A stretch of DNA of 64,000 nt, from contig NIVC01001777.1 in NCBI GenBank assembly GCA_002269645.1, positions 29,429 to 93,428 of the forward strand. Reading direction: 5' to 3'. The translations under genes were made by a program, and so were the position numbers. The stretch is from Macrostomum lignano. Taxonomy: Eukaryota. Positions 54,001-64,000 of this stretch are shown here, piece by piece. A model generated the notes under the pieces. The model was not told the DNA's origin, did not search any database, and was given only the letters and a program-made list of their open reading frames with translations. The number at the start of each line of letters is the position of its first letter. Positions within the stretch are counted from its first letter, which is position 1.

Positions 54001-57000
54001 ATACGTCCCATAATAGATAACTCGCTCGGAATTGGGCGTGTTGTCACCCCAATCTATGGTGTAAGTTATCGGACACGGTTCCGCATCCGGCTTGCGGGAT
54101 TTGCACACCTTTTGGATTTTCTCAATATTGGATTTCTCTCGCAGAAAATTTTGCAGCTCAACTTCTTTCGGCTTCTGTAAAGCCAGGTAGTTTTTAGCTA
54201 TCTCCATGGGCGCAGTCTTACCAGCGTACAACCAACTGCAACGCCTCTTATCAACCTCCCATAGCATACGCGGCTTGCCTTCTACCTTTTCAAAGACGCA
54301 GACGCCGTGCTTGATTATTTCGCCTTCATTAGTCATGTTATTGCGCAGATGGATGCGATGATTATTGTTAGACCGTTCGATTGCGGCTGTGATTATCAGC
54401 ACTATCAGTAGTATGGCAGGCACAATCACCCGGCAGGCTAGGCGCATCCGAGTTCTTACCAGTCGCATCACATTGACAATTATCATTGCCTTTAGCTGGC
54501 GCAGCAGCGATGGAGCCAGCGGTGCGTGCTCTCTGGTGACAATGCAACTCAGCTTTGTGTTTCTATCCGTACTGGCTTCTGAAAAGGTCTCTTCCTGTTC
54601 GTCCTCAAATCCTTCGGCGTTTTCTTTGTCTTCGCTGAACATCTCTTGGACAGCTTCAGGGTCGAGATCTTTTAATTTCATAAAAATATCATAGAGAGAG
54701 GCCTGCAACAGCCCAAACGCTGAGACAAGCGTCATTCGTTTTTCGAATGCTTGGGCCAGGGCCGGCAAAAAGTTGATATCCCTGGCTGGCAGTTGAAAGT
54801 TCAGATTTACGCCAAAACTTTTCTTAACCTTGACCATTTTGAACTCTTCCAGGATTTGCTTTTTAACTAATTTCGAGTGCTTTTCATTCTTCAGCGTCAC
54901 TTCAAACACGAAGCCGCAGTCGAATGCGCTCTTTAAAAACAAGGACGAACCTGCACAGAGTAGTGCACCGCTAGATATGAAAATCTTCCTATCCGCCAAC
55001 GTGTCCGCCTCGTCCATGAACTGCGTGCTGATCAGTATGGCTCGGCCGTGTCTGTACTCTTGCAATAGGCGCCACATTCGTCGACGCGACTCCGGATCGA
55101 GTCCGCTAGTTGGCTCGTCCAAGAACAGGACACGCGGGTTGCCCATCAGCGCCATGATGACGGCTAGTTTGCGCTGCTGCCCGGCACTCAACCGGCCAGT
55201 CCGATAGTGCCGCTTATTATCTAGCCGGGCCACTTTTAACATCCTGGTGAGCTCCTCCTGGCACTCGTTCCATTGCAGGCCGCAACTGATAACTAACAGC
55301 TGTAACGTCTGTTCAACCGTGATGCTCGATGCAAAGTTCATGATCTGCGGACAGATGCCTAGATGGCCTCTGAGTCGAAGGCGTTTTAACGGATTCGTTC
55401 CAACGATGCCGCAGATTGACGCGTGACCAGTAGTCGGCGTGTCGGCTCCCGTCAGCAGATTGAGCAGTGTAGTCTTGCCGGCGCCGTTGTGACCAATGAT
55501 GGCGGTGATGTGGTTCTCATAAACCATAGCTGCAGGTGGAGGTTTTATGTTGGTTTGTTACTTGATACAGAAAATTTCAGTTGTTAAAATGCTCGTCCTT
55601 GATTACGTTTTTTGTCGCGAGTCAATCAAAATAAAGATTGCTGCGCCTCACCTGACATATCCTTGACAGCGTAGAAAGTCTCCGACTTGCCGCACGCCTT
55701 TCTGGCTTGAAACGCTTTGCTAAGGTGGCTCATTCGTACTAACGGTCGCAGTCCATCAGTAACTGGTTCGATATTTGCGTACTCCGGAGGCTCCTCGCCG
55801 TACAGTGGATCGTCCTTCTCCGGTCCGAGCTCTTTACTAGCTGGCTGGGCCGTCCAAAACTCTCTTCGGATGAAGAATTGAGCAGGTAGACGGAACCCGT
55901 TCCCGGACCCGCTCACGTAGTCCAACACCAGCGTGCTTAGTACTAGGACCACCGCTGATAGCAGGGTGACAACCAGAATGCTAATATTGTAAATGCTGAT
56001 TGATTCCATTCGAATCTCGGATAGCAGAATGCCTTGCACGAATTCTGCGAAGTGACCCAGAGGAAATATGAATAGTAATATGATCTTCAATACTACGATA
56101 GTACTGATTGCCATTCGGTTGACTAGTACTAGCACCATCGAGATAATAGCAATCAGCACAGTCATCAGTCCCACGTAGTAGTAGTTGCCGAATGTGACTG
56201 TGAGCAGTAGGCCAACGGAGGTGAGCGCCACCATGTAGAACAAAGACATCAAAAACACTAGCAGCATGTGAACGGGATTGAAAAAGCCCGGACATTGAAC
56301 GGCTAATGAAGTGACGAATATTATTGAGAATGAAACGATTTCTATTGCGGTCATTGCGCTTATAACTAGCCAATAGGCTGAAACTGACAAACCCTTCTGC
56401 ATCATGAGCTGCAGAAAGCCGTCCCGCTTTAGTTGAGCGATGCACGACTGCGTTGACACCAGAAAGTAGAACGACATTGAGCCAATAATTATGACGCATT
56501 GCATCATAACGGTGCGCGAGAATACTGTCTCAAAGTTTTCGTGCTTAGCGCATTTTGTCGTATTGCCCCGCACCGAGTCAGTTTTCTTGCCCTCTTTCCG
56601 GCTTGTCAGGCTAAAGAAGTGGATCTCCTTGTACATATAGTTCTTCCACTTGTTTGGGTAGCTGGACATCACGGCCAGGTTTCCCAGGTAGGGACAATTA
56701 AGGTCACCACCGTACGACATCTGGCATTCGACGCGCGGCCGATTGCTGTAATTGTAAGTGACAAAGTTGGAGAACTTACTGGTGTCCACACGGCCAAACA
56801 TAACGCTGAACATCCTGGCTTTGCAGGCCTTCGGATTGGAGCAGGTCTCAATCAAAGAACCGCTGTCCCTAACATTTTCCGAATCGAGAATGCTTTTTAA
56901 GCTTTCCAGCTGTCGTTCATACTTATAAGTTTCAGCCAGTATAAGATTTGATTCCACGAATCGTTTTGTGTCAATCGACGTGTAAACTTGGCCAAGGGTG

Positions 57001-57464
57001 CCCATCCAGCCGTCGATGATTGGGAACAGCATGTGATTAGAGATTGCGGATAGGAACACAATGATGAACCAGATGAACTTCCAACGTTTCATATGCAGCA
57101 TCAGCATCAGCAGCTGGTTTGTCTGCTCCCTAGTGCCGATCGCCTGTTGTGGCAGTCGCGGTTGTGCATGCAAATCATTATTAATTTATTCTGATTGTTA
57201 CATATTTGAGGTGAACTAATTCATGTTAGAAAATAGTCGAAAAAATGAGAGAAAGCTAGCGAATAAAAATATTTGTCAACTACGCCCTCGGGGCCGTTGT
57301 GTTCTGGCTTGTGTCGTGTCCTTGATGAATTTGGCTAAAATTTCATTTTCGGCTTGGTAGTGCCATTTGATAGGTTAAATATTTTGCAGAGTTCTCTACT
57401 CTTTGGCTCCAATCAGCCAAATTAAAGCATTAAAGTCTCTTTATTAGTAAAAACAACTTACCAT
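51015..57464 (-). CDS. Full-size ABCA-subfamily transporter (ABCA5/6/8-like); exons 57464-57462 (ATG only), 57143-55652, 55529-53149, 52755-51971, 51387-51015
   Basis: Two TMD+NBD halves; GHNGAGKTT / LSAGQQRKL / LDEPTSGLD and GPNGAGKTT / LSVGIRRRL / IDEATTGVD; ADRKIFISSGALLCAGSSLFLK; splice phases are consistent. Confidence 0.92.
51619..51936 (-). mobile_element. tRNA-derived CORE-type SINE in ABCA intron 4
   Basis: Minus strand: A-box TAGCCTAGTG, B-box GGTTCGATT, CORE-like TGTGTCCTTGAGCAAGACTTAACTCTG...CTGTAAAATGGG, 3' stem-loop and (TTA)n tail. Confidence 0.78.
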
Positions 57465-58474
57465 TTTTAGTCGGAAAATCCGCAGGTCTGAAGGCAGAAA
57501 AGTCTGATTGAATTATGCCTCTAGCCAATCAACGCGACGTAACTTCGTATTCGTATTTGTGGGCTTAAATCGAAAATTTAGCTTACACGTAGGCGCGCTA
57601 TAAATGTGTCGTGAGCGTTAAAGATGTCTGGTTCAGACGGTTTAATGATTACACTTTTATGTGCGTTGTGGCGGTTTTGGGCATAGACTATTTGGCATAG
57701 CCGTCCACAGGGTTTTGCAGTGTTTTTTTATAATAAAACTACTCAGTGTCATTTTACTGAGCAGCAGATTTACGAGCTTAATTACTGACTAATACGCAAT
57801 TTCGGCCATTTAGGACTCGTGGGAATTTTTGTAGCGTGCTGATAGGTTCTTCAACCTTTTTCGGACGATTTAATATTACGGAATGAAGTATCCCGGAAAA
57901 CTCGTAATGTCTTGAAAGTATATATGTCCTACGCTTTTTTCCTCCATACTAATCCCACTATACTGGGCAGTAATTTGCTCTTGATAATCTCAGAAGAAAG
58001 TAATCTATTAGACCTGTTAAATAATGACACAAGAATATGATAGTAATTAACGTTTGTTATATTTGTGAACACTTAAATGTTTAATTCACAGAATGTATGC
58101 AAACATAATCGGCAATTACATTAGACACCACGCACATTGTATTGTATATTGGTCTATAACTGTCTTTTCAAAGATCAAAGAAAGTTTAAAAATCAAAATA
58201 AAGCAGTCGTTTTCTATCTTTAAAAGATTAATTGACGTTTATTGACGTAACAAACATTTTAAGCGGTCTTGATTTTTGCTTGCTATTACTACAGATTTCA
58301 ATCAAAGTGAATATAAACCACTCAATAATATTAGGTCACTAACTTCTGATGTTATAAACTAAAAATTATACAGTATATTCAAAACACGACGATGCTAGAA
58401 AAAGTTTCAAAACAATCATCTTTTTTATCATTCCCTTTACCTTTGTCTCTCTCTCCTGCATCAAATTTCAAGTC

Positions 58475-60656
58475 TTAGAATGGAAATTTCCAGACAAAGA
58501 TTCCTCCATCATCGGACACGGTAACGATCAGGCGGTTGTTGGGACAAATTTTAGCCCGCATAATTGGCGAACTGTGGCCCAAGCCAACGTGAGTGACGTC
58601 ACCCTGCGCGTAGCGCCACACCTGCGTAGGGTAAGTAATCGATCCGTTTGTTATTTAGCCGTAGCTTTAACTTTGTTTTAATCACAAAAGTAGTTGGGTT
58701 TTATTACATGATTGGGGACTCTTTTATGAGGCTGAGGGTGTTTAGATTGAGGATATCTGGTAAAAACAGGCATTTGGTTTAAAACACCGGTCTATTATAG
58801 GTTGTAGGATTTAGTTGAGGACCTCAATCATCACGGGTTGTAGGATTTGGTTGAGGACCTCAATCACCACGGGAGGTAGGATTTGGTTGGGGACCTCAAT
58901 CATCACGGGAGGTAGGATTTGGTTGGGGACCTCAATCATAACGGGTTGTAGGATTTGGTTGGGGACCTCAATCATCACGGGAGGTAGGATTTAGTTGGGG
59001 ACCTTAATCATCACGGGTTGTAGGATTTGGTCGAGGACCTCAATTATCACGGGTTGTAGGATTTAGTTGAGGACCTCAATCATCACGGGTTGTAGGATTT
59101 AGTTGGGGACCTTAATCATCACGGGTTGTAGGATTTGGTCGAGGACCTCAATTATCACGGGTTGTAGGATTTAGTTGAGGACCTCAATCATAACGGGTTG
59201 TAGGATTTAGTTGAGGACCTCAATCATAACTGGTTGTAGGAGTTAGTTGAGGACCTCAATGATCACGGGTTGTAGGATTTGGTCGAGGACCTCAATCATC
59301 ACGGGTTGTAGGATTTAGTTAAGGACCTTAATCATCACAGGTTGTAGGATTTAGTTGAGGACCTCAATCATAACTGGTTGTAGGATTTAGTTGAGGACCT
59401 CAATCATCACGGGTTGTAGGATTTGGTTTGGGACCTCAATCATAACGGGTTGTAGGATTTGATCGAGGACCTCAATCATCACGGGTTGTAGGATTTAGTT
59501 GAGGACCTCAATCATAACGGGTTGTAGGATTTAGTTGAGGACCTCAACCATTACTCATAAAATCATCACTTTTACAACACTCACCTTAACAATCTTATCA
59601 TCGCCAGCGGTAACAAAGTACTGTCCATCCAAGCTGATGTCCATCCCGTTAACGGAGCCACTGCGGGAGCCGTCCAGTTCGCGAACCAGAGTGCCATCGT
59701 ACAGCTCCCAATAGGAGATCTTGCGGTCCGTGCCGCTCGTGATTACTTGGCACTCTTCCGGCTCGAAGCAGACGCACCGAAACAGAGTTTTGGAAAACAT
59801 GATCTGCTTGCGGTGGAACGTCCTGCGAGGGATTTCGAATATGGGAACGTCAACTGGGATTCGTGTCATCCTCTATGCTTAAGGAAGAATTAAATTATAC
59901 TTAATACTTTGGTTATGGTACTTGCTTAACTGCTCGATATCCGATGCTCAATCCTCACTGCTCAATCCTCATTGTTCAATCCTCACTGCTCAATCCTCAC
60001 TGCTCAATCCTCATTGCTCAATCCTCACTGCTCAATCCTCACTGCTCAATCCTCACTGCTCAATCCTCACTGCTCAATCCTCACTGCTCAATCCTCACTG
60101 CTCAATCCTCACTGCTCAATCCTCACTGCTCAATCCTCACTGCTCAATCCTCACTGCTCAAAACTCACTGCTCAAAACTCACTTGAGATCCCATACAATG
60201 CAGCTGCCATCCGCCGAGGCCGAAACGCACTGAGTATTGTCCTTGGACACTCGGATACACGACACAGCATTGGCGTGCTCCTTCATGGCTTCCTCTAGCT
60301 CCGTGACGAACGTCTTCTGGCCGGATTTCGCGACTCGTTCCTGAACTCGCCATACCCTGACCTGACCTTCGCCGCCGCCAGAAATGATTCGTCCGCAGTC
60401 GGACGTTGCCGTGATAGCCGTGACGCCTTTCTTGTGCGCCTCGTTGATGGTGTACATCAGGCGGCCAGTCTCCGGGAAGAACACCCGGATTTTGCTGTCG
60501 TCCCAACCGGAAACGATGCCACTGCCGTCGCGAAGAAAATCGATGGCGTAGCAGGTCATGTTTGGCACCGTGATGCGCAGCAGCTCCTTCTGGGTTGGCG
60601 TGTGCCACACCCGGATGTCCTCGTAGGAGCAGGTGGCGAACAGGTCGGAGGTGCCG
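58475..60656 (-). CDS. CFAP52: Cilia- and flagella-associated protein 52 (WDR16), last three exons 60656-60183, 59822-59585, 58621-58475; upstream exons lie beyond the window
   Basis: LFATCSYEDIRVW..ELLRITVPNMTC, ITSGTDRKISYWE..GTLVRELDGS, GDVTHVGLGHS..VWKFPF-stop; GT-AG phases are consistent. Confidence 0.93.
58810..59550. repeat. CFAP52 intronic minisatellite, 36 bp unit with TTGAGGACCTCAA palindrome
   Basis: About 20 copies. Confidence 0.95.
59945..60182. repeat. CFAP52 intronic minisatellite, 14 bp unit whose first copy is the splice donor
   Basis: Minus strand: GTGAGTTTTGAGCA x2, then (GTGAGGATTGAGCA)n. Confidence 0.95.
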
Positions 60657-60704
60657 CTGAAAAGAGTTGCGCGGGAAAAATTATGCACACCCAAGTAGTT
60701 TTGC

Positions 60705-61568
60705 GTCAGGTTGTTGAGTAGCTTATTGAGGTGTATTGGGTCAGGTTGTTGAGTAGCTTTATGAGTTGTATTGGGTCAGGTTGTTGAGTAGCTTAGTGTG
60801 GTGTATTGGGTCAGGTTGTTGAGTAGCTTAATGAGGTGTATTGGGTCAGGTTGTTGAGTAGCTTAATGAGGTGTATTGGGTCAGGTTGTTGAGTAGCTTA
60901 ATGAGGTGTATTGGGTCAGGTTGTTGAGTAGCTTAATGAGGTGTATTGGGTCAGGTTGTTGAGTAGCTTAATGAGGTGTATTGGGTCAGGTTGTTGAGTA
61001 GCTTAGTGTGGTGTATTGGGGCAGGTTGTTGAGTAGCTTAATGAGGTGTATTGGGTCAGGTTGTTGAGTAGCTTAATGTGGTGTATTGGGTCAGGTTGTT
61101 GAGTAGCTTAATGAGGTGTATTGGGTCAGGTTGTTGAGTAGCTTAATGAGGTGTATTGGGTCAGGTTGTTGAGTAGCTTAATGAGGTGTATTAGGTCGGG
61201 TTGTTGAGTAGCTTAATGAGGTGTATTAGGTCGGGTTGTTGAGTAGCTTAATGTGGTGTATTGGGTCAGGTTGTTGAGTAGCTTAGTGTGGTGTATTGGG
61301 GCAGGTTGTTGAGTAGCTTAATGAGGTGTATTGGGTCAGGTTGTTGAGTAGCTTAATGTGGTGTATTGGGTCAGGTTGTTGAGTAGCTTAATGAGGTGTA
61401 TTGGGTCAGGTTGTTGAGTAGCTTAATGAGGTGTATTGGGTCAGGTTGTTGAGTGGCTTAATGAGGTGTATTGGGTCAGGTTGTTGAGTAGCTTAGTGTG
61501 GTGTATTGGGTCAGGTTGTTGAGTAGCTTAATGAGGTGTATTGGGTCAGGTTGTTGAGTAGCTTAATG
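60705..61568. repeat. CFAP52 intronic minisatellite, 35 bp unit (GGTTGTTGAGTAGCTTAATGAGGTGTATTGGGTCA)
   Basis: About 24 copies; abuts the LTR end at 61569. Confidence 0.96.
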
Positions 61569-61838
61569 TGTTTTGATGGTTCATTCAATAAATTGAGTCT
61601 TCGCAGTAAGCGACTATTTTTCGGCTACTAGCCAACCGAACAAAACAACCAGCGTGCGCACTCTCTCTGGAGAGGCTGATAACTATATATTGCAATAATT
61701 TTAAATAAATGGGGTGGGTGCTGCTGAACATTATAAATGGGGGCTGGGGCTGAAACGTACGTATCAAAATCTCTGCTATGAAAGTTACGCGTAGGTGAAT
61801 GAAAAGTACACTCGTACATGTAAGCCAACTCCTAAACA
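61569..61838 (-). repeat. 3' LTR of BEL/Pao element 2 (270 bp)
   Basis: Starts TGTTTAGGAG directly after the PPT and ends CATCAAAACA; shares CCCACCCCA and GGTTGTTTTGTT motifs with the element 1 LTR. Confidence 0.85.
61582..61625 (-). other. Spliced-leader-like sequence embedded in the LTR
   Basis: GCCGAAAAATAGTCGCTTACTGCGAAGACTCAATTTATTGAATG versus recalled Macrostomum SL GCCGTAAAGACGGTCTCTTACTGCGAAGACTCAATTTATTGCATG; 25 nt exact core. Confidence 0.75.
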
Positions 61839-62447
61839 TTCCCCCCTTCCTGACAGAGCAATGTCAGCAACAAAGACCGGAAACACTGAACTTGAGTACC
61901 TAGTAACCGAACGGACAAACTATGACCATAGCAAAAAAAAAACATACAACGCCTGGGAACAGCACGAGAAGCGTGAGGGCTCAAAAGAGCTCAAAAGCCA
62001 AACTGAAAAGATGTTTCGGCACCCGCCACCAAGACTCGCAAATGAAAACAATGAAAATGCGCAAGACCGCAAACTGAAATAAGTTACCACTAAACATCAA
62101 AAAATATAAAAATTTGCAACTCAGCTTAAACTCGCAATTTTAATAAAGTCGAAAATGGTTGACAGAAAAAACCCATCACCGTAACTTAACAGAAACTTCA
62201 AACAGCTCAAACTCAAAGGAAAAACAAATGCGCCAACTGCGCTCCAAAAAAATCTGATCCCAAAAAAAACCATGAACAAAAACAGACACAACCAATAATC
62301 AAAAAGGCAACGGCTTGAAAAGCCCAAAACTGGCAGAAAGCCTACTGAACGCACACGATACAGTACAAACAATTTGAAAACTCAGCGTAAACTCGGAAAA
62401 GTCCGGAAAAGAAAACAAACAGTTCTTAAGCAAATGATCAACTCCTC

Positions 62448-64000
62448 TCACTCGAGATAGCACAGTTTGCTCACAGGCCGCACGAATACCGTCCCACCGA
62501 CCTGGACCTTGGCCACCCGGACTCGATTGTCTGAACCTGGGTAGACTTCGACTACTCGTCCCAACGGCCAGTGTCCCCGCGGTGAGTCTGCTTTGATGAC
62601 GAGAACGACATCACCTGGCTGTAAATCACGCTGCGGTCCCGCCCACTTGGCTCTCGGCTGCAACCCTGGCAGCCATTCGCGCATCCAGCGTCGCCAGACG
62701 TGCCTCACGAGTTCTTGGACGCGCCGCCACCGCCGCCTCGGGTCAGCCGCGACGTCGTCGGGCACATCCGGCGCGAATTGTCCACCAGCTTGACCGTGCA
62801 GGAAATGGTTTGGCGTTAGTGGCTCTTCGTCTCTCGGATTCGCCGATTGATAGGTGATGGGGCGCGAGTTGATAAGCGCCTCCGCTCCAGTGATCGCTGA
62901 CTGAAGCTCCTCGTCGGTGACATCTGCGCTGCCCAGAATCGCGTGTAGCGCTCGCTTCGCAGCCCGAATCATCACCTCGTGGGCTCCACCAAAGTGCGGG
63001 GCGGCTGGCGGCTGGAAGTTCCACTTGACTCGCTGCTTGGATGTCTCGCGACTGATCCTTGTCCTGTCCAGCTCCTCCAGAAGTCGCAGTTCATCTGCAC
63101 CTTTTACAAAGTTGCCACCGTTGTCAGAATACATAGCCTTGGGTAAGCCACGCCTGTTCACCATTCGGTAGAAGGCGTTCAAGAAAGAGTCCGCGTCAAG
63201 GCTGTAGGTCATCTCGAGGTGTACCGCTCGCGTCTCGAGGCATGTGAACAGCGCCAAATAGCGTTTCTGCCTCTTCTTAAATCGGCCTTGAATAGTGACG
63301 AACGGCCCTCCCATGTCGACGGCTACGTTCGTGAAGGCTTTTAAGGATCCTGCGACACGGGCATCAGGCAGTGGCGCCATCTGTTGTACGATGGGACGAG
63401 CTTTCTCTCTCTTGCACACAGCGCATTCAACCTCCCACTCGCGAATAGCTTCCCGAGCACAGATAACCCAATACTTGGCTGACAGCGCCGCCAGAGTTTG
63501 GTTAGTCCCACCATGGCTCTGCTGCTCGTGATATTGTTTGATGATCAGCTTGGTGATCCAATGCTTCCGCGGCAAAATAGATGGATGTCTTGCTGCAAAT
63601 GGCGCCTGTGGCCTGAATTTCAACCGGCCATCCACTCGTAGGACTCCTGCTGCATCACGTACCGGCTGCAAGCACCGCAGCTTCTTCTCGTTCACTGTAT
63701 CCGTCTTGAACGCTTCCTCCTGAGCTAACCTTACCAAACGCTCCTCGACCTCCTCGAGCTCATCCACCAACAGCTCACCGCCGCTCCGCTGATACTTCTC
63801 CGTCTGACAGTTCCGAATGAACCGCAACACCCAAGCGAAGACGCGCTGCAGTCGATGGAAACTAGAGAATCGCTCTGGTTTGAGTCGCCAGCCTGTCTTG
63901 TCTTCTTCATCGGTGGTGACCAGACATACGGGCTCTGCACAACGCTTCTGGATGCTTGCTAGCCTCTTCGACGGGTATTCGCCTCAGTAGTTTCTGGCGC
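62448..64000 (-). CDS. BEL/Pao Pol C-terminus (post-RNase H region and integrase)
   Basis: HEQQSHGG..CAVC, VDMGGP, SDNGGNF, HFGGAHE, GHWPLGRV. Confidence 0.93.

Larger units (their letters stand above)
61569..64000 (-). mobile_element. BEL/Pao LTR retrotransposon, element 2 (3' part; runs off the window)
   Basis: Integrase ORF 62448..63830 homologous to but diverged from element 1; T-rich 3' region; PPT GGAAGGGGGGAA at 61850-61839; LTR TGT...ACA. Confidence 0.93.

Overview
Eukaryotic (metazoan) genomic DNA, most likely the flatworm Macrostomum lignano or a close relative. This is inferred from a near-full-length match to the Macrostomum spliced leader (SL) as I recall it, Gly/Ala/Gln-rich protein inserts and minisatellite-filled introns. 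Plus strand: the 3' part of WDFY3/Alfy (11 exons to the stop, 785-19082), PPIE, three paralogous C2H2 zinc-finger genes, TM2D2, a fourth zinc-finger gene, and a complete 6.0-kb BEL/Pao LTR retrotransposon (38632-44634) with an internally deleted Gag. Minus strand: a 3-exon gene for a probably secreted PAN + ALK/LTK-type glycine-rich protein, a full ABCA transporter, the 3' exons of CFAP52, and the 3' end of a second BEL/Pao element inside a CFAP52 intron. There are also tRNA-derived SINEs (one with a CORE domain), hAT-type MITEs and about 20 tandem arrays. The most striking signal is a 44-nt SL-like sequence, including its terminal AUG, at the U5 end of the second retrotransposon's LTR (61582-61625). 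Two host genes also lack their own ATG but have in-frame splice acceptors where an SL AUG would supply it. The SL, CORE, tRNA and human protein sequences used for comparison are recalled from memory and need checking by search.
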